A DNA stretch of 46,857 nt from an uncultured bacterium (lineage in GTDB: Bacteria > Muiribacteriota > Ozemobacteria > Ozemobacterales > Ozemobacteraceae): the NCBI GenBank assembly GCA_964522035.1, contig CAZFUG010000003.1:1-46857 (forward strand), read 5' to 3'. The notes below the pieces were generated by a model, which did no database searches, had not been told where the DNA came from, and saw nothing but the letters and a program-made list of their open reading frames with translations. Positions 40,043 through 46,857 of the stretch are shown here, one piece after another; position 1 is the stretch's first letter, and each line of letters opens with the position of its first letter. A program made the position numbers and the translations under genes.

Positions 40043-40177
40043 CTAAATCAGGCCGAAATACATGACCAGCCAGCCGACCACGCAGGTAACAACGGTGGTA
40101 ATGACGATCTTTTTGAAGAGATCGACAGGAGATTCGCCGGTTTCGAGCTGATTGAGATCGTTTTTATGATTATCCAT
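40043..40177 (-). CDS. Possible 44-aa tail-anchored membrane peptide
   Basis: MDNHKNDLNQLETGESPVDLFKKIVITTVVTCVVGWLVMYFGLI, with SD AAGGAA 7 nt upstream. It is below the ORF-track size cut-off and I read it by hand. TAG stop. Confidence 0.35.
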   Translation of the reverse strand: MDNHKNDLNQLETGESPVDLFKKIVITTVVTCVVGWLVMYFGLI

Positions 40178-40269
40178 AGATGGTTTCCTTTCAGATTACA
40201 GTCGTAACCGCCCATATACAGGGCAGTCAGTAAAAGTTGGAAAGTTGTGACTGTGACCGGAAAGGAAAG

Positions 40270-40623
40270 TCAGCCGTCGCTGCGCGGCAGGCATAAAACC
40301 GTCAGGCCCCACTCATCGGGGTGACGTGCCTGGTCGGATCGACGGTTCTGGCCTGGAGCAGAAGCATCCCAGGCTATTGAAGGAGCAGGCAGCGGGTCGA
40401 TTTCCTGACTGGCAATAAAATTGAACTGCTGCCGGTTCCCCGCGAGAAAGACCGAGACATCTCTGCTGGTTCTGGGGGCGCCAAGAGTCGCACCTGTGTG
40501 CGAAGCCTCACCAATAGAGATTTCTCCCACGCCGAGGCGGCAGAGAAACATTTCGCCATCAGCGTGCCAGAAACCCTGGCAAAGGCCAAGAATTAAAAAA
40601 ATTACCAGCAGAATACGTTTCAT
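40270..40623 (-). CDS. Secreted hypothetical protein (117 aa)
   Basis: Signal peptide MKRILLVIFLILGLCQG. There is no SD. A promoter -10 abuts the ATG (see next feature). Confidence 0.5.
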   Translation of the reverse strand: MKRILLVIFLILGLCQGFWHADGEMFLCRLGVGEISIGEASHTGATLGAPRTSRDVSVFLAGNRQQFNFIASQEIDPLPAPSIAWDASAPGQNRRSDQARHPDEWGLTVLCLPRSDG

Positions 40624-40629
40624 AGGTTG

Positions 40630-40638
40630 ATTATAACA
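40630..40638 (-). promoter_or_regulatory. Extended -10 promoter (TGTTATAAT) placed for a leaderless transcript of the 40270-40623 gene
   Basis: The minus strand reads TGT-TATAAT-CAACCT-ATG. Only 6 nt separate the -10 from the start codon, and there is no SD. Confidence 0.4.
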
Positions 40639-40720
40639 TAGTTTCTACATTTTCAGACGTTCACAGGCAACGTCTGACAGTTTTGCAAACTTCGCAGAAA
40701 ACAGAGTTGAAGTAATAAGG

Positions 40721-40747
40721 AAAAACGGCTTCAAAATGAAGCCGTTT
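40721..40747 (-). terminator. Intrinsic terminator-like hairpin, better on the minus strand
   Basis: The minus strand reads AAACGGCTTCA-TTT-TGAAGCCGTTT followed by TTCC, giving a run of 5 T. It lies between divergent genes, so the transcript it would end is not annotated. Confidence 0.45.
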
Positions 40748-40759
40748 CAACAAAAAGGT

Positions 40760-40783
40760 CTTGAATCTCTATATTTTGCCCGC
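40760..40783. repeat. 24-nt element CTTGAATCTCTaTATTTTGCCCGC (copy 2 of 2)
   Basis: It matches 173-196 at 23 of 24 positions and lies 13 nt from the hairpin at 40721-40747. Confidence 0.8.
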
Positions 40784-40927
40784 TATTTCAGGAGGGCTGA
40801 ATTAAATATAACACAAACAAATCAGACAAACCATTGCAGTTAAGTTGCCAAAAAATAGTGAGGCTGTTTTTCTGTTTACAATATCTGGTTGCACATCGAC
40901 AGAATTTGCAGTTAAGCTGGGCAAATC

Positions 40928-41794
40928 ATGAAAAAATCACCCGCATTAACGATTTACATTCTTGTGCTCGGGCTTTCCGGCAACTGTCTGCAGGCAGCTG
41001 TAACAGGGCAGAACAGGCGACAGGCGCAACCGGCATCGGTTACAGCCCGGCACATCGATGATTATTACAGGCAGCCAATTCGGCTTTCAGATCTGCAGGC
41101 AGCGAGAATCGGCAAACTTATCTGGCAGAACGAATCGGGCGGAAAATATGAAGGCCTGACCGCCTGGAACGAGGGCGAAGATTTTGCCTCACTCGGAATC
41201 GGCCATTTTATCTGGTACCCGGCCGGTGAAACCGGCCCATTTGTCGAAACATTTCCGGAACTGCTGCGTTTCATCAGGCAGCAGGGTGTCAAACTGCCGG
41301 GCTTTCTCGCCAGGACGAACGGGTGCCCGTGGTCTGACCGCAAGACCTTCATGCGGGCATTCTCAGGGGCGATGATGACTGAGCTGCGACGTTTTCTCGC
41401 CCAAACGATAAATCATCAGGTGCGTTTTGCCGCCCTCAGACTCGAGAAGGCGCTGCCACAGATGCTTTTGCAATGTTCCGACAATGAACGCCGGCTGATA
41501 ATTAAAAACTTTTACCGGGTCGCCGAACAGCCAGACGGGTTTTACGCGCTGATGGACTACGTGAACTTCAAAGGCGAAGGCACCTCACCCGCCGAAAGAT
41601 ACAACGGGCATGGCTGGGGCCTGCTGCAGGTTCTGCAGGAAATGGGCAACGGCAGCCCTCTTGAAGAATTCTCGCGTGCGGCGGTCAGAGTTTTAACGCG
41701 GCGGGTTGCCAACAGCCCGACCGAACGAAATGAAAAACGCTGGCTCGCCGGCTGGTCTCACAGGTGTCAGACCTACTCACAGCCTCAGTATTAA
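40928..41794 (+). CDS. Secreted hypothetical protein, possibly a lysozyme/transglycosylase-like fold
   Basis: 288 aa with a signal peptide. ...LIWQNESGGKYEGLTAWNEGEDFASLGIGHFIW loosely resembles the E-S catalytic motif region of SLT-type enzymes. The functional call is weak. Confidence 0.3.
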   Translation: MKKSPALTIYILVLGLSGNCLQAAVTGQNRRQAQPASVTARHIDDYYRQPIRLSDLQAARIGKLIWQNESGGKYEGLTAWNEGEDFASLGIGHFIWYPAGETGPFVETFPELLRFIRQQGVKLPGFLARTNGCPWSDRKTFMRAFSGAMMTELRRFLAQTINHQVRFAALRLEKALPQMLLQCSDNERRLIIKNFYRVAEQPDGFYALMDYVNFKGEGTSPAERYNGHGWGLLQVLQEMGNGSPLEEFSRAAVRVLTRRVANSPTERNEKRWLAGWSHRCQTYSQPQY

Positions 41795-42018
41795 GTATAA
41801 AAAGCCGAGTGCAAAGCTTCTGGCCTGGTTGAATCAAGTTTAAGTATTTATTGACGAGCGCCGAGAACGGCACAGGAAAATTTTGGCTGCGAACTTTGTT
41901 TCGGCAGTAATTCAAGACAAGCAGAACCCTGCTCCTTTGTCACAAATCAGTCCAAAAACAGACAGCCATTACATCATCCTGCTCTTGTGCCAAGAGTAAA
42001 GTTTCAAGCGGCCTCAGA

Positions 42019-42672
42019 TCACAGACCGCTGTCGCGGTGCAGCTCATTGAAACGCTGCTTCAAGGCAGCGTCTTCGGCCGTATTCACATAGACCAGCAGG
42101 TGGTCTTTCGGGTCATCGAGAACCGCCCGGTCGATCAACAGGCGCGCCCGGTAAAAATCTTCGAACAGGCTGATATCGCACGAAAGCTGAATTGGCCAGC
42201 CGTAACCAGGCTGATTAACCTTGACGTTGCCGGCATTCGGATGCGGCCAGGTTTTGACCGGCAGCATGAGATTGATGGCGTAAAGATGCGCAGGCGTGCC
42301 GCCCTGAAAACGGTCGATATAGGCAGAAACAATCGGCTTATAGTTGTAATCGAGAATATCGATGCGCTTTTCGCGGTCGACAAGGCGAACGGCGGCAAAA
42401 TACGAACTGGTGCCGGGCACCGTGCGAATCTCTTTTATCTGAGGCACATAGCCAGGCGCACTTGCAGAAACCCTGATGTTCTGCCCTGACAGACTGCACT
42501 TTACCAGTGCGTGCGGGACCATCAGATAAATCGAATTGCGAACTTCGACATTGACCAGATAGGGCCCAGCCTGGCACTGTACCGCCAGAAGCGGCCGGGA
42601 AAAAGCCAGCAGAGCAAGAAGTATAACCAGCAGGGCAAGACTGCCCAGGCTTTTAGCTATTCGGTTCTTCAA
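42019..42672 (-). CDS. Secreted hypothetical protein (217 aa)
   Basis: TTG start preceded by the strong SD GGAGGAG. Signal peptide ...LALLVILLALLAFSRPLLA. I recognise no family. Confidence 0.5.
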   Translation of the reverse strand: MKNRIAKSLGSLALLVILLALLAFSRPLLAVQCQAGPYLVNVEVRNSIYLMVPHALVKCSLSGQNIRVSASAPGYVPQIKEIRTVPGTSSYFAAVRLVDREKRIDILDYNYKPIVSAYIDRFQGGTPAHLYAINLMLPVKTWPHPNAGNVKVNQPGYGWPIQLSCDISLFEDFYRARLLIDRAVLDDPKDHLLVYVNTAEDAALKQRFNELHRDSGL

Positions 42673-42762
42673 AGTGACTCCTCCATCTGCTCTACCCGAT
42701 CTACGTCAAATTCTACCATAAGCATGATTTTCGCTGCATAAAAATTAAAGCCAGATAATGGT

Positions 42763-42778
42763 TGTGATTTTTTTCACT
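42763..42778. promoter_or_regulatory. CRP/FNR-family-type site TGTGATTTTTTTCACT
   Basis: TGTGA-N6-TCACT, part of the 20-nt repeat GTTGTGA(T/A)TTTTTTCACTTT. It lies in the divergent region between the 42672 gene and the hydS operon. TATAAT at 42785-42790 lies between the two sites. Confidence 0.5.
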
Positions 42779-42805
42779 TTCATATATAATTATTTACAGA
42801 AGCGT

Positions 42806-42821
42806 TGTGAATTTTTTCACT
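42806..42821. promoter_or_regulatory. CRP/FNR-family-type site TGTGAATTTTTTCACT
   Basis: Second copy, 43 bp from the first centre to centre. It is identical to the reverse complement of 36568-36583. Confidence 0.5.
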
Positions 42822-43081
42822 TTAGCCGCTGGGCAAAATTTTCTGTTGTGACTAGTTAATTCAAGCGGTTGTAATTCGATCGGTGGCCTTAAAAGTCTTG
42901 GCAAAAGGGTTTTTATGAATGCAGAAGCGGCACTGGCTCTGGCTTACACTTTAATCAGCAAACTTTCGTTCTCTGTGTTTACGGCGCCGCTGACGAAAAT
43001 CCCGCAGACAAAGGCTAGCTACTGATCGGTAATCAGATTCAGGCGAAAAAATCATTTCGAAATGGGTTGCAGGAGACAGAT

Positions 43082-43375
43082 ATGAATAAAACCGGCAGCG
43101 ATGAACGCAAAGGTCACGAAATTATCATGTGCATGGGAAGTGCCTGTTTTACCCGCGGCAACAACCGCAGCGTCGAAATCGTCAAGGATTACCTCGAAAA
43201 GAACGACCTGACCGCAGAAACCACTTTTCGCGGCTGTCTCTGTTCAAACCGCTGCAAAGCTGCGCCAGTCATCATCATCGACGGGCAGCCATTCGAAAAG
43301 GTTGTGCCGCAGGCGGTGAGCGAAGTTCTCGATCACGTCTTCAAAGAAGGCGGCAAAGAAAATGAATCAGCTTAA
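43082..43375 (+). CDS. Small thioredoxin-like [2Fe-2S] ferredoxin
   Basis: I prefer the start at ATG 43082, 5 nt after SD AGGAGA; the track start at 43067 is a TTG. Cys pattern CMGSAC ... CLCSNRC...AP is typical of NuoE-like 2Fe-2S domains. Confidence 0.75.
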   Translation: MNKTGSDERKGHEIIMCMGSACFTRGNNRSVEIVKDYLEKNDLTAETTFRGCLCSNRCKAAPVIIIDGQPFEKVVPQAVSEVLDHVFKEGGKENESA

Positions 43376-45104
43376 ACCAGTCTTTACACGCAAGGCCGAC
43401 TGCCGCGACTGCTACAAATGCGTTCGCGAGTGCCCGGTCAAGGCGATCAAAATCGAAGACAACAGCGCCGGCATCGTCGACGAACTCTGTATTCACTGCG
43501 GGCGCTGCGTTGAAGTGTGCCCGGTTGGCGCCAAAAAAGTGCGCAACGATGTGCCGGCAGTCAGACAACAGATCGACCTCGGCAAAAAAGTCGTTCTTTC
43601 AATAGCACCTTCATGGCGTGCAGAATTCAAGAATCTGCACATCTCACAGTTGATAGCAGCCCTGCGCCAGCTTGGCTTCAGTCAGATATCGGAAACCGCC
43701 ATCGGCGCCCAGATGGTTTCGCAGGCGGTTGCAGAGCTGATCGACCATTCTGCCCAGCAATTGTTTCTTTCGACCGCCTGCCCCACCGTTGTCGATTTGA
43801 TCTGCAAATATTACCCCGACTATGTCAGGCATCTCACCCCGGTAGTTTCGCCGCTCATGGCACACGCCCGCTATCTCAAATCGACAGCCGGTGAAAATAT
43901 CAGCGTTGCCTTCGCCGGCCCCTGTATCGCTAAAAAAGTTGAGTCAGAACGTTACCAGGAAACGATTGCCGGCGCCCTTACTTTTGAAAATCTTCATGAA
44001 TGGCTGACAGACGCCGGTATTGATCCTTACAAAATTACAATTGATAACAACTCGACGTTTTTTCCGCACCCGGCGTGCGAGGGCGGCCTCTACCCCATAG
44101 ATGGCGGCATGATCAGCGGCATCAGAACCAGACTGCAGAAATCCAACGTCGAATTCATGTGTTTTTCAGGTATCGATGCCATAACTTCGGCAATGCGCGA
44201 GCTTGACCAGCTCCCGCCCGGCCGGCAGATTTTCATCGAACTTCTCGCCTGCGGCGGCGGCTGTGTCAATGGCCCGGTTATGAAAAGGCGCGAAGCTACC
44301 ATCATCAAACGCGACAGCATTTTCAGCCACGTTGACCAGTCTTTTCACCGCGGCGACCAGATCGGAACCCTTGATATCTCGGCAAAATTCAGCACCAGCC
44401 CGATTCAGATCAGACAACACCCAGAAAACGTTGTCAGAGCAGCACTGCAGCGTGTCGGCAAAACGAGTTCACGCGATGAACTGAACTGCGGCAGCTGTGG
44501 TTACGATTCATGCCGGGATTTTGCCGAAGCCCTGCTCGACGGCAAAGCCATGGAGAACATGTGCGTCTCATACATGCGCAAACTCGCCAGCAAAAAGGCC
44601 AACGCCCTGATCAAGGCCATGCCGGCCGGCGTGGTAATTGCCGATGCCGGGCTGCGCATCATCGAATGCAACCGCCGTTTTGCCAGCATTTTCGGGTCTG
44701 ACATGGAAATGGTCTTCGACGCCTCACCCGGCATGGAAGGCGCTCAGCTAAGCAAGATCGTGCCTTTCCACAAGGTTTTCAGAAATGTTCTGGTGACCGG
44801 CGAAGACTGGGTTGACCACGATATCGCCTACCGCGATCATCAGCTCAATATTTCGGTCTTTTCAATCGAAAAGGGACAGGTCATCGGCGCGGTGATTCAG
44901 GACATACGGGTACCGCACGTTCGCCGGGATCAGGTCGTGAAAAGGGTTGAAGAGGTCATCAGACTCAACCTCGAAACAGTTCAGAAAATTGCCTATCTGC
45001 TCGGCGAAAACGCCTCAGAAACAGAATTGCGGCTCAACAACGTGCTAGAAGCTTTCGGCAGCGAACCGGAGGAAATCAATGGAATTTCCGAAAATTACGA
45101 ATAA
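43362..45104 (+). CDS. hydS: Sensory [FeFe]-hydrogenase-like protein (HydS / HfsB type): 2x[4Fe-4S] ferredoxin domain, H-cluster domain, Cx2Cx4Cx16C motif and PAS domain
   Basis: Two CxxCxxCxxxCP motifs at the N-terminus. H-domain motifs are LSTACP, GPCIAKKVE and ELLACGGGCVNGP. Then comes CGSCGYDSCRDFAEALLDGKAMENMC, followed by a PAS-like segment (...MPAGVVIADAGLRIIECNRRFASIFG...). Confidence 0.85.
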   Translation: MNQLKPVFTRKADCRDCYKCVRECPVKAIKIEDNSAGIVDELCIHCGRCVEVCPVGAKKVRNDVPAVRQQIDLGKKVVLSIAPSWRAEFKNLHISQLIAALRQLGFSQISETAIGAQMVSQAVAELIDHSAQQLFLSTACPTVVDLICKYYPDYVRHLTPVVSPLMAHARYLKSTAGENISVAFAGPCIAKKVESERYQETIAGALTFENLHEWLTDAGIDPYKITIDNNSTFFPHPACEGGLYPIDGGMISGIRTRLQKSNVEFMCFSGIDAITSAMRELDQLPPGRQIFIELLACGGGCVNGPVMKRREATIIKRDSIFSHVDQSFHRGDQIGTLDISAKFSTSPIQIRQHPENVVRAALQRVGKTSSRDELNCGSCGYDSCRDFAEALLDGKAMENMCVSYMRKLASKKANALIKAMPAGVVIADAGLRIIECNRRFASIFGSDMEMVFDASPGMEGAQLSKIVPFHKVFRNVLVTGEDWVDHDIAYRDHQLNISVFSIEKGQVIGAVIQDIRVPHVRRDQVVKRVEEVIRLNLETVQKIAYLLGENASETELRLNNVLEAFGSEPEEINGISENYE

Positions 45105-46278
45105 CTGCTGCGTTGAAGTTGACTTCAGGCAGAAAAACTGTGGCCGACAGCGCACTGGCGGCGACGTTTTTTTGTCACGCAAGCTCAAGGAACAGCAACG
45201 GGTTATTTCGGTTCTGTCAGATGGCCTTGGCAGTGGTATCAAAGCTGGAGTTCTCGCCACTCTGACTTCAGTTATGGGCCTCAACTACATGAGCAGCTTT
45301 CGTGACCCGGCCAAAGCGGCACGCAGCATCATGGACACTCTGCCGGTCTGCTCTGAGCGCCACATCAGCTACAGCACATTTTCGCTCGTCGACGTCGACT
45401 TCGAAAATGAAGTCAAGATCGTTGAATACGACAACCCGCCGGTGCTGGTTGCCCGTGGTTCAGAGATTATCAGACTTGAACGTTCTCAGGTTCAGGTTAC
45501 GAGAACCGACCGCGAACCGGTGGCGATTTCGGTTGCCGATTTTCAGGCCCAGCCGGGCGACCGCATCATCATGCTCTCTGACGGCGTAAGCCAGAGCGGC
45601 ATTGGCAGCCAGCCGCTGCCATTCGGTTGGGGCATAGAAAAAACCGGCAATTTCATCAGGGAGCAGATTGAAAAGAAGTCAGATATTTCGGCCTGCGAGC
45701 TGGCAACAGCCATTGTCGACAAGGCCTGGCTGAACAACGGCGGGCATGCGCTCGACGATATTACCTGCGGCGTCATTTACTTTCGTCAGCCGAGGCAGCT
45801 GCTGATCATGACCGGTCCGCCCTACGATCAGAAGAAAGACCGTTTGCTTGCCGAGCTGGTCGGTAATTTTCCCGGCAGAAAAATTATCTGCGGCGGCACC
45901 ACCGCCAACATTGTCGCCCGCGAGACCGGGCGCGAAGTGCATGTCATGCTTGGCAAAATCGACCCTGACCTGCCCCCGGATTCGATAATGGAAGGCGTCG
46001 ACCTGATCACCGAGGGCATTCTCACGGTCGGGCGCGTTGCCAGATATTTAGAAGACCGGCGTAACCCCGAAACCCTTAATCTCAACCCGGCCACAAAAAT
46101 TGTCCGTATGCTGCTCAACAGCGATATAATTAATTTTGTGGTCGGAACCCGGGTTAACGAGTTTCACCAGGATCCGAACATGCCGGTCGAACTGGAAATC
46201 AGGCGCAACGTCATCAAAAAGATCGCGGCGCTTCTTGAAAACCAGTATCTCAAGGAAACCAGCATTCAATACATCTAA
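45079..46278 (+). CDS. PP2C/SpoIIE-type phosphatase of the hydS module (HfsC-like)
   Basis: 399 aa with GGDVF, VLSDGLGSGIKAGVLA, MLSDGVSQSG and DDITCGVIYF motifs, plus a ~150-aa C-terminal extension. It overlaps the hydS 3' end by 26 nt. Confidence 0.8.
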   Translation: MEFPKITNNCCVEVDFRQKNCGRQRTGGDVFLSRKLKEQQRVISVLSDGLGSGIKAGVLATLTSVMGLNYMSSFRDPAKAARSIMDTLPVCSERHISYSTFSLVDVDFENEVKIVEYDNPPVLVARGSEIIRLERSQVQVTRTDREPVAISVADFQAQPGDRIIMLSDGVSQSGIGSQPLPFGWGIEKTGNFIREQIEKKSDISACELATAIVDKAWLNNGGHALDDITCGVIYFRQPRQLLIMTGPPYDQKKDRLLAELVGNFPGRKIICGGTTANIVARETGREVHVMLGKIDPDLPPDSIMEGVDLITEGILTVGRVARYLEDRRNPETLNLNPATKIVRMLLNSDIINFVVGTRVNEFHQDPNMPVELEIRRNVIKKIAALLENQYLKETSIQYI

Positions 46279-46290
46279 CGGAGTCATGAA

Positions 46291-46539
46291 ATGAGCAAGA
46301 AGTTCAAAATCACCATCTGTTCGGGAACAGCCTGCTATGTGCTGGGTGGTGCCCAGCTGATGATGCTGGAAGATCTGATACCGGCCGAGTTCAAAGACCA
46401 GGTCGAAATCGTCGGTTCAGCCTGTCTGCAGGCCTGTCGGCAGGGCGGCAATGCCCAGCCACCGTTTGTAAAAATCAATGATTACCTGATGGAATCAGCG
46501 TCAATCGCCAAAATCGTGGATTACTTACGCAAGCACTGA
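46291..46539 (+). CDS. Small thioredoxin-like [2Fe-2S] ferredoxin (second copy)
   Basis: 82 aa with Cys pattern CSGTAC ... CLQAC, the same fold signature as 43082-43375. Confidence 0.75.
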   Translation: MSKKFKITICSGTACYVLGGAQLMMLEDLIPAEFKDQVEIVGSACLQACRQGGNAQPPFVKINDYLMESASIAKIVDYLRKH

Positions 46540-46559
46540 ACCAGGCAAAGGAAACTCGT

Positions 46560-46857
46560 ATGACATACATCAACAATGCGGCCCTGATCAAGCGCCAGCT
46601 CATGGTGAGACTGGCAAGAATGATGTTTGCCGGCAACCTCGGCACCCAGGTTGACTATATTCCGCTGCAGCAGGCCCCACGCGAGTCTGCATCAGTGCGC
46701 TGCTGTATTCATCATGACCGCGCCGTGCTGCGCTATCGCCTGATGGCTCTGCTTGGCTTCGCAGTCGAGAATGAGAAACCAGAAGACGAGATTCGCACAC
46801 TCGCCAGCTATGTTGCTGAAGCTGAACAGAAAGGCGCTGAACGCCTCGACGACAAGA
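46560..46857 (+). CDS. 5' part of an Fe-S / [FeFe]-hydrogenase-family protein (partial, continues beyond the window)
   Basis: ATG 46560 follows SD AAGGAA, and the frame stays open to the window end. MTYINNAALIKRQLMVRLARMMFAG...VRCCIHHDRAVLRYRLMALLGF resembles the N-terminal leader of monomeric group-B-like [FeFe] hydrogenases. This is recalled from memory, not searched. Confidence 0.45.
   Translation, partial: MTYINNAALIKRQLMVRLARMMFAGNLGTQVDYIPLQQAPRESASVRCCIHHDRAVLRYRLMALLGFAVENEKPEDEIRTLASYVAEAEQKGAERLDDK

Noticed and set aside
39977-40207. A 76-aa plus-strand ORF between the antiporter and the 40270 gene.
   Set aside because: It has no SD and an odd composition. The opposite strand holds a short ORF with a good SD and a clean TM helix that fits the surrounding minus-strand gene order.
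42915-43025. A 36-aa ORF (MNAEAALALAYTLISKLSFSVFTAPLTKIPQTKASY) in the hydS upstream region, as a possible leader peptide.
   Set aside because: It has only a weak SD-like GGG and no attenuator-type alternative hairpins that I could see. Not supported without expression data.
1-46857. Mobile-element boundaries (integrase, transposase, tRNA-adjacent att sites, terminal inverted repeats) around the TA islet or the TPS block.
   Set aside because: I recognised no recombinase, transposase or tRNA gene in the window. The only bracketing repeats found are the ~120-bp pair around higBA, reported separately.

Overview
This 46.9-kb window appears to come from an anaerobic bacterium with an outer membrane; I cannot place the taxon from sequence alone.

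Layout:
(i) 0.5-6 kb is a small accessory islet. It holds an AAA+/DUF4143 ATPase, a wHTH-like protein with a truncated nucleotidyltransferase, YggL/DUF469, vapBC, an orphan CpaF N-domain fragment, and higBA bracketed by ~120-bp direct repeats.
(ii) 6-8.6 kb holds a secreted hypothetical protein and a fused membrane/spermidine-synthase-like protein.
(iii) 8.8-36.3 kb is one co-directional minus-strand block. In transcription order it holds two tandem paralogous membrane HAMP-PP2C (SpoIIE) sensor phosphatases, one of them interrupted by a single in-frame TAG. These are followed by a HisKA_3 kinase plus NarL-type regulator, a 5,680-aa two-partner-secretion exoprotein (TpsA), and its TpsB transporter (1-nt stop/start overlap). 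A YbjN-like chaperone-fold protein and a terminator close the block.
(iv) 36.7-42.7 kb holds envelope and housekeeping genes: a polysaccharide deacetylase, a CaCA antiporter and several secreted hypotheticals.
(v) 43-46.9 kb is a sensory [FeFe]-hydrogenase (HydS-type, PAS) module with a PP2C phosphatase and two thioredoxin-like 2Fe-2S ferredoxins. It ends with the start of a further hydrogenase-family gene.

I recognised no rRNA, tRNA, CRISPR array, transposase or integrase.

Most notable observations:
- The PP2C / two-component / giant-TpsA / YbjN block.
- The amber-split PP2C paralog.
- An identical CRP-like 16-mer shared by two divergent promoter regions.
- Several unexplained intergenic repeats.

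All functional calls come from reading the translated ORFs. No database search was run.
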